Shown here: positions 1 to 15,000 of the stretch, in pieces
Layout of the letters: each line of letters starts with the position of its first letter
Numbering within the stretch: position 1 is the first letter of the stretch
Assembly (NCBI GenBank): GCA_964016885.1
Contig: OZ024742.1
Location: 253,890,001 to 253,954,000, forward strand
Source of the DNA: Eledone cirrhosa
Lineage: Eukaryota
DNA length: 64,000 bases
Reading direction: 5' to 3'
Notes under the pieces: generated by a model
The model's database searches: none
The model's input: the letters and a program-made list of their open reading frames with translations, nothing else
What the model was told of the DNA's origin: nothing
Position numbers and translations under genes: made by a program

Positions 1-3000
1 GTCTTGTAGTGGACAGTATACTGAGGAGGAAGGAATATGTCTTGTAGTGGACAGTATACTGAAGGGGAATATGTCTTGTAGTGGACAGTATACTGAAGCG
101 GAATATGTCCTGTAGTGGACAGTATAATGAAGAGGAAGGAATATGTCTTATAGTGGACAGTATACTGAAGGGGAATATGTCTTGTAGTGGACCGTATACT
201 GAAGTGGAAGGAATATGTCCGGTAGTGGACAGTATACTGAATGGGAATATGTCCTGTAGTGGACAGTATACTGAAGAGGAAGGAATATGTCCTGTAGTGG
301 ACAGTATACTGAAGAGGAAGTAATATGTCCTGTAGTGGACAGTATACTGAAGGGGAAGGAATATGTCCTCGAGTGGAAAGTATACTGAAGAGGAAGGAAT
401 ATGTCCTGGAGTGGACAGTATACTGAAGAGGAAGGAATATGTCCTCGAGTTGACAGTATACTGAAGGGGAATATGTCCTGTAGTGGACAGTATACTGAAG
501 TGGAATATGTCCTGTAGTGGACAGTATACTGAAGGGGAATATGTCCTGTAGTGGACAGTATACTGAAGAGGAATATGTCCTGTAGTGGACAGTATACTGA
601 AGTGGAAGGAATATGTCTTGTAGTGGACAGTATACAGAAGTGGAATGAATATGTCCTGTAGTGGACAGTATACTGAAGGGGAATATGTCATGTAGTGGAC
701 AGTATACAGAAGTGGAATGAATATGTCTTATAGTGGACAGTATACTGAAGGTGAAGGAATATGTCCTGTAGTGGGCAGTATACTGAAGAGGAAGGAATAT
801 GTCCTTGAGTGGACAGTATACTGAAGAGGAAGGAATATGTCCTGTAGTGGACAGTATACTGAAGGGGAATATGTCCTGTAGTGGACAGTATACTGAAGAG
901 GAATATTGTCCTGTAGTGGACAGTATACTGAAGAGGAAGGAATATGTCCTGTAGTGGTCAGTATACTGAAGGGGAATATGTCTTGTAGTGGACAGTATAC
1001 TGAAGAGGAAGGAATATGTCTTGTAGTGGACAGTATACTGAAGGGGAATATGTCCTCTATTGGACAGTATACTGAAGAGGAAGGAATATGTCCCTGAGTG
1101 GACAGTATACTGAAGAAAAGAATATGTCTTGTAGTGGACAGTATACTGAAGAGGAAGGAATATGTCCTGTAGTGGACAGTATACTGAAGAGGAAGGAATA
1201 TGTCCCTGAGTGGACAGTATACTGAAGGGGAATATGTCTTGTAGTGGACAGTATACTGAAGAGGAAGGAATATGTCCTGTAGTGGACAGTATACTGAAGA
1301 TGAAGGAATATGTACTGTAGTGGACAGTATACTGAAGTGGAATATGTCTTGTAGTAAACAGTATACTGAAGAGAAAGGAATATGTCCTGCAGTGGACAGT
1401 ATACTGAAGAGGAAGGAATATGTCCTGTAGTGGACAGTATACTGAAGGGGAATATGTCCTGTAGTGGACAGTATACTGAAGGGGAAGGAATATGTCCTGT
1501 AGTGGACAGTATACTGAAGGGGAATATGTCCTGTAGTGGACAGTATACTGAAGAGGAAGGAATATATCCTGTAGTGGACAGTATACTGAAGTGGAAGGAA
1601 TATGTCCTGGAGTGGACAGTATACTGAAGAGGAAGGAATACGTCCTCGAGTGGACAGTATACTGAAGAGGAAGGAATATGTCCTGTAGTGGACAGTATAC
1701 TGAAGAGGAAGGAATATGTCCTGTAGTGGACAGTATACTGAAACGAAAGGAATATGTCCTGTAGTGGACAGTATACTGAAGAGGAATATGTCTTGTAGTG
1801 GACAGTATACTGAAGGGGAATATGTCCTGTAGTGGACAGTATACCGAAGAGGAATATGTCCTGTAGTGGACAGTATACTGAAGAGGAAGGAATATGTCCT
1901 GCAGTGGACAGTATACTGAAGAGGAAGGAATATGTCCTGTCGTGGACAGTATACTGAAAAGGAAGGAATATGTCTTGTAGTGGACAGTATACTGAAGAGG
2001 AAGGAATATGTCCTGTAGTGGACAGTATACTGAATGGGAATATGTCCTGTAGTGGACAGTATACTGAAGGGGAAGGAATATGTCCTGTAGTCGACAGTAT
2101 ACTGAAGAGGAAGTAATATGTCCTGTAGTGGACAGTATACTGAAGGGGAAGGAATATGTCCTGTAGTCGACAGTATACTGAAAAGGAAGGAATATGTCTT
2201 GTAGTGGACAGTATACTGAAGAGGAAGGAATATGTCCTGGAGTGGACAGTATACTGAAGATGAAGGAATACGTCCTCGAGTTGACAGTATACTGAAGGGG
2301 AATATGTCCTGTAGTGGACAGTATACTGAAGAATAATATGTCTTGTAGTGGACAGTACACAGAAGTGGAAGGAATATGTCCTGTAGTGGAGAGTATACTG
2401 AAGAGGAATATGTCCTGTAGTGGACAGTATACTGAAGAGGAATATGTCCTCTAGTGGACAGTATACGGAAGAGGAATATGTCCTGTAGTGGACAGTATAC
2501 GGAAGAGGAATATGTCCTGTAGTGGACAGTATACTGAAGTGGAAGGAATATGTCTTGTAGTGGAAGGAATATGTCCGGTAGTGGACAGTATACTGAAGGG
2601 GAATATGTCCTGTAGTGGACAGTATACAGAATTGGAATGAATATGTCTTGTAGTGGACAGTATACTGAAGATGAAGGAATATGTCCTGTAGTGGACAGTA
2701 TACTGAAGAGGAAGGAATATGTCCTATAGTGGACAGTATACTGAAGGGGAATATGTCCTGTAGTGGACAGTATACTGAAGAGGAATATGTCCTGTAGTGG
2801 ACAGTATACTGAAGAGGAAGGAATATGTCCTGTAGTGGTCAGTATACTGAAGGGGAATATGTCTTGTAGTGGACAGTATACTGAAGAGGAAGGAATATGT
2901 CTTGTAGTGGACAGTATACTGAAGGGGAATATGTCCTGTATTGGACTGTATACTGAAGAGGAAGGAATATGTCCCTGAGTGGACAGTATACTGAAGAGGA

Positions 3001-6000
3001 ATATGTCCTGTAGTGGACAGTATACTGAAGAGGAAGGAATATGTCCTGTAGTGGACAGTATACTTAAGGGGAAGGAATATGTCCTTGAGTGGACAGTATA
3101 CTGAAAAGGAATATGTCTTGTAGTGGACAGTATACTGAAGATGAAGGAATATGTCCTGTAGTGGACAGTATACTGAAGAGGAATATGTCTTGTAGTGGAC
3201 AGTATACTGAGGAAGAAGGAATATGTTCTGTAGTGGAAAGTATACTGAAGTGGAAGGAATATGTCCTTGAGTGGACAGTATACTGAAGTGGAATATGTCT
3301 TGTAGTAAACAGTATACTGAAGAGGAAGGAATTGTCCTGTAGTGAACAGTATACTGAAGTGGAATATGTCCTGTAGTGGACAGTATACTGAAGGGGAATA
3401 TGTCCTGTAGTGCACAGTATACTGAAGGGGAAGGAATATGTCCTGTAGTGGACAGTATACTGAAGGGGAATATGTCCTGTAGTGGACAGTATACTGAAGG
3501 GGAATATGTCATGTAGTGGACAGTATACTGAAGAGGAATATGTCTTGTAGTGGACAGTATACTGAAGAGGAAGGAATATGTCCTGTAGTGGACAGTATAC
3601 TGAAGATGAAGGAATATGTCCTGTAGTGGAAAGTATACTGAAGAGGAATATGTCTTGTAGTGGACAGTATACTGAGGAGGAAGGAATATGTTCTGTAGTG
3701 GAAAGTATACTGAAGTGGAAGGAATATGTCCTTGAGTGGACAGTATACTGAAGTGGAATATGTCTTGTAGTAAACAGTATACTGAAGAGGAAGGAATTGT
3801 CCTGTAGTGAACAGTATACTGAAGTGGAATATGTCCTGTAGTGGACAGTATACTGAAGGGGAATATGTCCTGTAGTGGACAGTATACTGAAGGGGAAGGA
3901 ATATGTCCTGTAGTGGACAGTATACTGAAGGGGAATATGTCCTGTAGTGGACAGTATACTGAAGGGGAATATGTCATGTAGTGGACAGTATACTGAAGAG
4001 GAATATGTCTTGTAGTGGACAGTATACTGAAGAGGAAGGAATATGTCCTGTAGTGGACAGTATACTGAAGGGGAAGGAACATGTCATTGAGTGGACAGTA
4101 TACTGAAGGGGAATATGTCTTATAGTGGACAGTTTACTGAAGTGGAAGGAATATGTCCTTGAGTGTACAGTATACTGAAGAGGAAGGAATATGTCCTGTT
4201 GTGGACAGTATACTGAAGGGGAATATGTCTTGTAGTGGACAGTATACTGAAGAGGAAGGAATATGTCTTGTAGTGGACAGTATACTGAAGTGGAATATGT
4301 CCTGTAGTGGACAGTATACTGAAGGGGAATATGTCCTGTAGTGGACAGTATACTGAAGGGGAAGGAATACGTCCTCGAGTGGACAGTATACTGAAGAGGA
4401 AGGAATATGTCCTGTAGTGGACAGTATACTGAATAGGAAGGAATATGTCCTGTAGTGGACAGTCTACTGAAAAGAAAGGAACATGTCCTGTAGTGGACAG
4501 TATGCTGAAGAGGAATATGTCTTGTAGTGGACAGTATACTGAAGGGGAATATGTCTTGTAGTGGACAGTATACCGAAGAGGAATATGTCCTGTAGTGGAC
4601 AGTATACTGAAGAGGAAGGAATATGTCCTGCAGTGGACAGCATACTGAAGAGGAAGGAATGTGTCCTGTAGTGGACAGTATACTGAAAAGGAAGGAATAT
4701 GTCCTGTAGTGGACAGTATACTGAATGGGAATATGTCCTGTAGTGGACAGTATACTGAAGGGGAAGGAATATGTCCTGTAGTCGACAGTATACTGAAGGG
4801 GAAGGAATATGTCCTGTAGTGGACAGTATACTGAAGGGGAAGGAATATGTCCTGTAGTCGACAGTATACTGAAGGGGAAGGAATATGTCCTGTAGTCGAC
4901 AGTATACTGAAGAGGAAGTAATATGTCCTGTAGTGGACAGTATACTGAAGGGGAAGGAATATGTGCTCCAGTGGACAGTATACTGAAGAGGAAGGAATAT
5001 GTCCTGGAGTGGACAGTATACTGAAGAGGAAGGAATACGTCCTCGAGTTGACAGTATACTGAAGGGGAATATGTCCTGTAGTGGACAGTATACTGAAGAG
5101 TAATATGTCTTGTAGTGGACAGTACACAGAAGTGGAAGGAATAAGTCCTGTAGTGGACAGTATACTGAAGAGGAGGAATATGTCCTGTAGTGGACATTAT
5201 ACTGAAGAGGAATATGTCCTGTAGTGGACAGTATACTGAAGGGGAATATGTCCTGTAGTGGACAGTATACAGAAGTGGAATGAATATGTCTTGTAGTGGA
5301 CAGTATACTGAAGATGAAGGAATATGTCCTGTAGTGGACAGTATACTGAAGAGGAAGGAATATGTCCTTGAGTGGACAGTATACTGAAGAGGAAGGAATA
5401 TGTCCTGTAGTGGACAGTATACTGAAGGGGAATATGTCCTGTAGTGGACAGTATACTGAAGAGGAATATGTCCTGTAGTGGGCAGTATACTGAAGAGGAA
5501 GTAATATGTCCTGTAGTGGTCAGTATACTGAAGGGGAATATGTCTTGTAGTGGACAGTATACTGAAGAGGAAGGAATATGTCTTGTAGTGGACAGTATAC
5601 TGAAGGGAATATGTCCTGTATTGGACTGTATACTGAAGAGGAAGGAATAGGTCCCTGAGTGGACAGTATACTGAAGAGGAATATGTCCTGTAGTGGACAG
5701 TATACTGAAGAAGAAGGAATATGTCCTGTAGTGGACAGTATACTGAAGGGGAAGGAATATGTCCTTGAGTAGACAGTATATTGAAAAGGAATATGTCTTG
5801 TATTGGACAGTATACTGAAGATGAAGGAATATGTCCTGTAGTGGACAGTATACTGAAGAGGAATATGTCTTGTAGTGGACAGTATACTGAGGAGGAAGGA
5901 ATATGTCCTTGAGTGGACAGTATACTGAAGTGGAATATGTCTTGTAGTAAACAGTATACTGAAGAGGAAGGAATATGTCCTGTAGTAGACAGTATACTGA

Positions 6001-9000
6001 AGGGGAATATGTCTTGTAGTGGACAGTATACGGAAGAGGAAGGAATATGTCCTGTAGTGGAAAGTATATTGAAGTGGAAGGAATATGTCCTTGAGTGGAC
6101 AGTATACTGAAGTGGAATATGTCTTGTAGTAAACAGTATACTGAAGAGGAAGGAATGTGTCCTGTAGTGGACAGTATCCTGAAGTGGAATATGTCCTGTA
6201 GTGGACAGTATACTGAAGGGGAATATGTCCTGTAGTGGACAGTATACTGAAGAGGAAGGAATATGTCCTGTAGTGGACAGTATACTGAAGGGAATATGTC
6301 CTGTAGTGGACAGTATACTGAAGGGGAATATGTCATGTAGTGGACAGTATACTGAAGAGGAATATGTCTTGTAGTGGACAGTATACTGAAGAGGAAGGAA
6401 TATGTCCTGTAGTGGACAGTATACTGAAGATGAAGGAATATGTCCTGTAGTGGAAAGTATACTGAAGAGGAATATGTCTTGTAGTGGACAGTATACTGAG
6501 GAGGAAGGAATATGTTCTGTAGTGGAAAGTATACTGAAGTGGAAGGAATATGTCCTTGAGTGGACAGTATACTGAAGTGGAATATGTCTTGTAGTAAACA
6601 GTATACTGAAGAGGAAGGAATTGTCCTGTAGTGAACAGTATACTGAAGTGGAATATGTCCTGTAGTGGACAGTATACTGAAGGGGAATATGTCCTGTAGT
6701 GGACAGTATACTGAAGGGGAAGGAATATGTCCTGTAGTGGACAGTATACTGAAGGGAATATGTCCTGTAGTGGACAGTATACTGAAGGGGAATATGTCAT
6801 GTAGTGGACAGTATACTGAAGAGGAATATGTCTTGTAGTGGACAGTATACTGAAGAGGAAGGAATATGTCCTGTAGTGGACAGTATACTGAAGGGGAAGG
6901 AATATGTCATTGAGTGGACAGTATACTGAAGGGGAATATGTCTTATAGTGGACAGTATACTGAAGTGGAAGGAATATGTCCTTGAGTGGACAGTATACTG
7001 AAGAGGAAGGAATATGTCCTGTTGTGGACAGTATACTGAAGGGGAATATGTCTTGTAGTGGACAGTATACTGAAGTGGAATATGTCCTGTAGTGGACAGT
7101 ATACTGAAGGGGAATATGTCCTGTAGTGGACAGTATACTGAAGGGGAAGGAATACGTCCTCGAGTGGACAGTATACTGAAGAGGAAGGAATATGTCCTGT
7201 AGTGGACAGTATACTGAAGAGGAAGGAATATGTCCTGTAGTGGACAGTATACTGAAAAGAAAGGAACATGTCCTGTAGTGGACAGTATGCTGAAGACGAA
7301 TATGTCTTGTAGTGGACAGTATACTGAAGGGGAATATGTCCTGTAGTGGACAGTATACCGAAGAGGAATATGTCCTGTAGTGGACAGTATACTGAAGAGG
7401 AAGGAATATGTCCTGCAGTGGACAGCATACTGAAGAGGAAGGAATATGTCCTGTAGTGGACAGTATACTGAAAAGGAAGGAATATGTCCTGTAGTGGACA
7501 GTATACTGAATGGGAATATGTCCTGTAGTGGACAGTATACTGAAGGGGAAGGAATATGTCCTGTAGTCGACAGTATACTGAAGGGGAAGGAATATGTCCT
7601 GTAGTGGACAGTATACTGAAGGGGAAGGAATATGTCCTGTAGTCGACAGTATACTGAAGGGGAAGGAATATGTCCTGTAGTCGACAGTATACTGAAGAGG
7701 AAGTAATATGTCCTGTAGTGGACAGTATACAGAAGGGGAAGGAATATGTGCTCCAGTGGACAGTATACTGAAGAGGAAGGAATATGTCCTGGAGTGGACA
7801 GTATACTGAAGAGGAAGGAATACGTCCTCGAGTTGACAGTATACTGAAGGGGAATATGTCCTGTAGTGGACAGTATACTGAAGAGTAATATGTCTTGTAG
7901 TGGACAGTACACAGAAGTGGAAGGAATAAGTCCTGTAGTGGACAGTATACTGAAGAGGAGGAATATGTCCTGTAGTGGACATTATACTGAAGAGGAATAT
8001 GTCCTGTAGTGGACAGTATACTGAAGGGGAATATGTCCTGTAGTGGACAGTATACAGAAGTGGAATGAATATGTCTTGTAGTGGACAGTATACTGAAGAT
8101 GAAGGAATATGTCCTGTAGTGGACAGTATACTGAAGAGGAAGGAATATGTCCTTGAGTGGACAGTATACTGAAGAGGAAGGAATATGTCCTGTAGTGGAC
8201 AGTATACTGAAGGGGAATATGTCCTGTAGTGGACAGTATACTGAAGAGGAATATGTCCTGTAGTGGACAGTATACTGAAGAGGAAGGAATATGTCCTGTA
8301 GTGGTCAGTATACTGAAGGGGAATATGTCTTGTAGTGGACAGTATACTGAAGAGGAAGGAATATGTCTTGTAGTGGACAGTATACTGAAGGGAATATGTC
8401 CTGTATTGGACTGTATACTGAAGAGGAAGGAATATGTCCCTGAGTGGACAGTATACTGAAGAGGAATATGTCCTGTAGTGGACAGTATACTGAAGAAGAA
8501 GGAATATGTCCTGTAGTGGACAGTATACTGAAGAGGAATATGTCTTGTAGTGGACAGTATACTGAGGAGGAAGGAATATGTCCTTGAGTGGACAGTATAC
8601 TGAAGTGGAATATGTCTTGTAGTAAACAGTATACTGAAGAGGAAGGAATATGTCCTGTAGTAGACAGTATACTGAAGGGGAATATGTCTTGTAGTGGACA
8701 GTATACGGAAGAGGAAGGAATATGTCCTGTAGTGGAAAGTATATTGAAGTGGAAGGAATATGTCCTTGAGTGGACAGTATACTGAAGTGGAATATGTCTT
8801 GTAGTAAACAGTATACTGAAGAGGAAGGAATGTGTCCTGTAGTGGACAGTATCCTGAAGTGGAATATGTCCTGTAGTGGACAGTATACTGAAGAGGAAGG
8901 AATATGTCCTGTAGTGGACAGTATACTGAAGGGGAATGAATATGTCCTTGAGTGGACAGTATATTGAAAAGGAATATGTCTTGTATTGGACAGTATACTG

Positions 9001-12000
9001 AAGATGAAGGAATATGTCCTGTAGTGGACAGTATACTGAAGAGGAATCTGTCTTGTAGTGGACAGTATACTGAGGAGGAAGGAATATGTCCTTGAGTGGA
9101 CAGTATACTGAAGTGGAACATGTCTTGTAGTAAACAGTATACTGAAGAGGAAGGAATATGTCCTGTAGTGGACAGTATACTGAAGGGGAATATGTCTTGT
9201 AGTGGACAGTATACGGAAGAGGAAGGAATATGTCCTGTAGTGGAAAGTATACTGAAGTGGAAGGAATATGTCCTTGAGTGGACAGTATACTGAAGTGGAA
9301 TATGTCTTGTAGTAAACAGTATACTGAAGAGGAAGGAATGTGTCCTGTAGTGGACAGTATCCTGAAGTGGAATATGTCCTGTAGTGGACAGTATACTGAA
9401 GGGGAATATGTCCTGTAGTGGACAGTATACTGAAGGGGAAGGAATATGTCCTGTAGTGGACAGTATACTTAAGGGGAATATGTCCTGTAGTGGACAGTAT
9501 ACTGAAGAGGAAGGAATATGTCCTGTAGTGGACAGTATACTGAAGGGGAATATGTCATGTAGTGGACAGTATACTGAAGACGAATATGTCTTGTAGTGGA
9601 CAGTATACTGAAGTGGAAGGAATATGTCTTGTAGTGGAAGGAATATGTCCTGTAGTGGACAGTATACAGAAGTGGAATGAATATGTCTTGTAGTGGACAG
9701 TATACTGAAGATGAAGGAATATGTCCTGTAGTGGACAGTATACTGAAGAGGAAGGAATATGTCCTGTAGTGGACAGTATACTGAAGGGGAATATGTCCTG
9801 TAGTGGACAGTATACTGAAGAGGAATATGTCTTGTAGAGGACAGTATACTGAACAGGAAGGAATATGTCCTGTAGTGGTCAGAATACTGAAGGGGAATAT
9901 GTCTTGTAGTGGACAGTATACTGAAGAGGAAGGAATATGTCTTGTAGTGGACAGTGTACTGAAGGGGAATATGTCCTGTATTGGAGTGTATACTGAAGAG
10001 GAAGGAATATGTCCCTGAGTGGACAGTATACTGAAGAGGAATAAGTCTTGTGGTGGACAGTATACTGAAGAGGAAGGAATATGACCTGTAGTGGACAGTA
10101 TACTGAAGGGGAATATGTCCTGTAGTGGACAGTATACTGAAGGGGAAGGAATATGTCCTGTAGTGGACAGTATACTGAAGGGGAATATGTCCTGTAGTGG
10201 ACAGTATACTGAAGAGGAAGGAATATGTCCTGAAGTGGACAGTATACTGAAGGGGAATATGTCATGTAGTGGACAGTATACTGAAGAGGAATATGTCTTG
10301 TAGTGGACAGTATACTGAAGAGGAAGGAATATGTCCTGTAGTGGACAGTACACTGAAGGGGAAGGAATATGTCATTGAGTGGACAGTATACTGAAGGGGA
10401 ATATGTCTTATAGTGGACAGTATACTGAAGTGGAAGGAATATGTCCTTGAGTGGACAGTGTACTGAAGAGGAAGGAATATGTCCTGTTGTGGACAGTATA
10501 CTGAAGGGAAATATGTCTTGTAGTGGACAGTATACTGAAGAGGAAGGAATATGTCTTGTAGTGGACAGTATACTGAAGTGGAATATGTCCTGTAGTGGAC
10601 AGTATACTGAAGGGGAATATTTCCTGTAGTGGACAGTATACTGAAGGGGAAGGAATATGTCCTGTAGTGGACAGTATACTGAAGGGGAATATGTCCTGTA
10701 GTGGACAGTATACTGAAGAGGAAGGAATATGTCTTGTAGTGGACAGTATACAGAAGAGGATGAATATGTCCTGTAGTGGACAGTATACTGAAGGGGAAGG
10801 AATATGTCATTGAGTGGACAGTATACTGAAAGGGAATATGTCTTATAGTGGACAGTATACTGAAGTGGAAGGAATATGTCCTTGAATGGACAGTATACTG
10901 AAGAGGAAGGAACATGTCCTGTTGTGGACAGTATACTGAAGGGGAATATGTCTTGTAGTGGACAGTATACTGAAGAGGAAGGAATATGTCCTGTAGTGGA
11001 CAGTATACTGAAGAGGAATATATCTTATAGTGGACAGTATACTGAAGTGGAAGGAATATGTCTTGTAGTGGACAGTATACTGAAGGGGAATATGTCCTGT
11101 AGTGGACAGTATACTGAAGAGGAAGGAATATGTCCTGTAGTGGACAGTATAATGAAGGGGAATATGTCCTGTAGTGGACAGTATACTGAAGGGGAATATG
11201 TCCTGGAGTGGACAGTATACTGAAGAGGAAGGAATATGTCCTGTAGTGGACAGTATATTGAAGGGGAATATGTCTTGTAGCGGACAGTATACTGAAGAGG
11301 AAGGAATATGTCCTGTAGTGGACAGTATACTGAAGGGGAATATGTCTTGTAGTGGACAGTATACTGAAGAGGAAGGAATATGTCCTGTAGTGGACAGTAT
11401 ACTGAAGGGGAATATGTCTTGTAGTGGACAGTATACTGAAGATGAAGGAATATGTCCTGTAGTTGACAGTATACTGAAGGGGAATATGTCTTGTAGTGGA
11501 CAGTATACTGAAGAGGAAGGAATATGTCCTTGAGTGGACAGTGTACTGAAGTGGAATATGTCTTGTAGTAAACAGTATACTGAAGAGGAAGGAATATGTC
11601 CTGTAGTGGACAGTATACTGAAGGGGAATATGTCTTGTAGTGGACAGTATACGGAAGAGGAAGGAATATGTCCTGTAGTGGAAAGTATACTGAAGTGGAA
11701 GGAATATGTCCTTGAGTGGACAGTATACTGAATTGGTATATGTCTTGTAGTAAACAGTATACTGACGAGGAAGGAATGTGTCCTGTAGTGGACAGTATAC
11801 TGAAGTGGAATATGTCCTGTAGTGGACAGTATACTGAAGGGGAATATGTCCTGTAGTGGACAGTATACTGAAGGGGAAGGAATATGTCCTGTAGTGGACA
11901 GTATACTGAAGGGGAATATGTCCTGTAGTGGACAGTATACTGAAGAGGAAGGAATATGTCCTGAAGTGGACTGTATACTGAAGGGGAATATGTCATGTAG

Positions 12001-15000
12001 TGGACAGTATACTGAAGAGGAATATGTCTTGTAGTGGACAGTATACTGAAGAGGAAGGAATATGTCCTGTAGTGGACAGTATACTGAAGGGGAAGGAATA
12101 TGTCATTGAGTGGACAGTATACTGAAGGGGAATATGTCTTATAGTGGACAGCATACTGAAGTGGAAGGAATATGTCCTTGAGTGGACAGTATACTGAAGA
12201 GGAAGGAATATGTCCTGTTGTGGACAGTATACTGAAGGGAAATATGTCTTGTAGTGGACAGTATACTGAAGAGGAAGGAATATGTCTTGTAGTGGACAGT
12301 ATACTGAAGTGGAATATGTCCTGTAGTGGACAGTATACTGAAGGGGAATATGTCCTGTAGTGGACAGTATACTGAAGGGGAAGGAATATGTCCTGTAGTG
12401 GACAGTATACTGAAGGGGAATATGTCCTGTAGTGGACAGTATACTGAAGAGGAAGGAATATGTCTTGTAGTGGACAGTATACAGAAGAGGATGAATATGT
12501 CCTGTAGTGGACAGTATACTGAAGGGGAAGGAATATGTCATTGAGTGGACAGTATACTGAAAGGGAATATGTCTTATAGTGGACAGTATACTGAAGTGGA
12601 AGGAATATGTCCTTGAATGGACAGTATACTGAAGAGGAAGGAATATGTCCTGTTGTGGACAGTATACTGAAGGGGAATATGTCTTGTAGTGGACAGTATA
12701 CTGAAGAGGAAGGAATATGTCCTGTAGTGGACAGTATACTGAAGAGGAATATATCTTATAGTGGACAGTATACTGAAGTGGAAGGAATATGTCTTGTAGT
12801 GGACAGTATACTGAAGGGGAATATGTCCTGTAGTGGACAGTATACTGAAGAGGAAGGAATATGTCCTGTAGTGGACAGTATAATGAAGGGGAATATGTCC
12901 TGTAGTGGACAGTATACTGAAGGGGAATATGTCCTGGAGTGGACAGTATACTGAAGAGGAAGGAATATGTCCTGTAGTGGACAGTATATTGAAGGGGAAT
13001 ATGTCTTGTAGCGGACAGTATACTGAAGATGAAGGAATATGTCCTGTAGTGGACAGTATACTGAAGGGGAATATGTCTTGTAGTGGACAGTATACTGAAG
13101 AGGAAGGAATATGTCCTGTAGTGGACAGTATACTGAAGGGGAATATGTCTTGTAGTGGACAGTATACTGAAGATGAAGGAATATGTCCTGTAGTTGACAG
13201 TATACTGAAGGGGAATATGTCTTGTAGTGGACAGTATACTGAAGAGGAAGGAATATGTCCTGTAGTGGACAGTATACTGAAGTGGAAGGAATATGTCCTG
13301 TAGTGGACAGTATACTGAAGTGGAATATATCTTGTAGTGGACAGTATACTGAAGAGGAAGGAATATGTCCTGTAGTGGGCAGTATAATGAAGAGGAATAT
13401 GTCCTGTAGTGGACAGTATACTGAAGAGGAAGGAATATGTCCTGGAGCGGACAGTATACTGAAGAGGAAGGAATATGGCTTGTAGTGGACAGTATACTGA
13501 AGTGGAATATGTCCTGTAGTGGACAGTATACTGAAGAGGAATATGTCCTGTAGTGGACAGTATACTGAAGTGGAAGGAATATGTCTTGTAGTGGACAGTA
13601 TACAGAAGTGGAATGAATATGTCCTGTAGTGGACAGTATACTGAAGGGGAATATGTCCTGTAGTGGACAGTATACAGAAGTGGAATGAATATGTCTTATA
13701 GTGGACAGTATACTGAAGATGAAGGAATATGTCCTGTAGTGGACAATATACTGAAGGGGAAGGAATATGTCCATGAGTGGACAGTATACTGAAGAGGAAG
13801 GAATATGTCCTGTAGTGGACAGTATACTGAAGGGGAATATGTCCTGTAGTGGACAGTATACTGAAGAGGAATATGTCCTGTAGTTCGCAGTATACTGAAG
13901 AGGAAGGAATATGTCCTGTAGTGGTCAGTATACTGAAGGGGAATATGTCTTGTAGTGGACAGTATACTGAAGAGGAAGGAATATGTCTTGTAGTGGACAG
14001 TATACTGAAGGTGAATATGTCCTGTATTGGATAGTATACTGAAGATGAAGGAATATGTCCCTGAGTGGACAGTATACTGAAGAAGAATACGTCTTGTAGT
14101 GGACAGTATACTGAAGAGGAAGGAATATGTCCTGTAGTGGACAGTATACTGAAGAGGAAGGAATATGGCCCTGAGTGGACAGTATACTGAAGGGGAATAT
14201 GTCTTGTAGTGGACAGTATACTGAAGAGGAAGGAATATGTCCCTGAGTGGACAGTATACTGAAGGGGAATATGTCCTGTAGTGGACAGTATACTGAAGGG
14301 GAAGGAATATGTCCTGTAGTGGACAGTATACTGAAGGGGAATATGTCCTGTAGTGGACAGTATACTGAAGAGGAAGGAATATGTCCTGTAGTGGACTGTA
14401 TACTGAAGGGGAATATGTCATGTAGTGGACAGTATACGGAAGAGGAATATGTCTTGTAGTGGACAGTATACTGAAGTGGAAGGAATATGTCCTGTAGTGG
14501 ACAGTATACTGAAGGGGAAGGAATATGTCATTGAGTGGACAGTATACTGAAGGGGAATATGTCTTATAGTGGAGAGTATACTGAAGAGGAAGGAATATGT
14601 CCTTGAGTGGACAGTATACTGAAGAGGAAGGAATATGTCCTGTTGTGGACAGTATACTGAAGGGGAATATGTCTTGTAGTGGACAGTATACTGAAGATGA
14701 AGGAATATGTCCTGTAGTGGACAGTATACTGAAGAGGAATATGTCTTGTAGTGGACAGTATACTGAAGAGGAAGGAATATGTCCTGTAGTGGACAGTATA
14801 CTGAAGAGGAATATGTCTTATAGTGGACAGTATACTGAAGAGGAAGGTATATGTCCTGTAGTGGACAGTATACTGAAGGGGAATATGTCCTGTAGTGGAC
14901 AGTATACTGAAGTGGAATATGTCTTGTAGTGGACAGTATACTGAAGAGGAAGGAATATGTCCTGTAGTGGACAGTATACTGAAGGGGAATATGTCCTGTA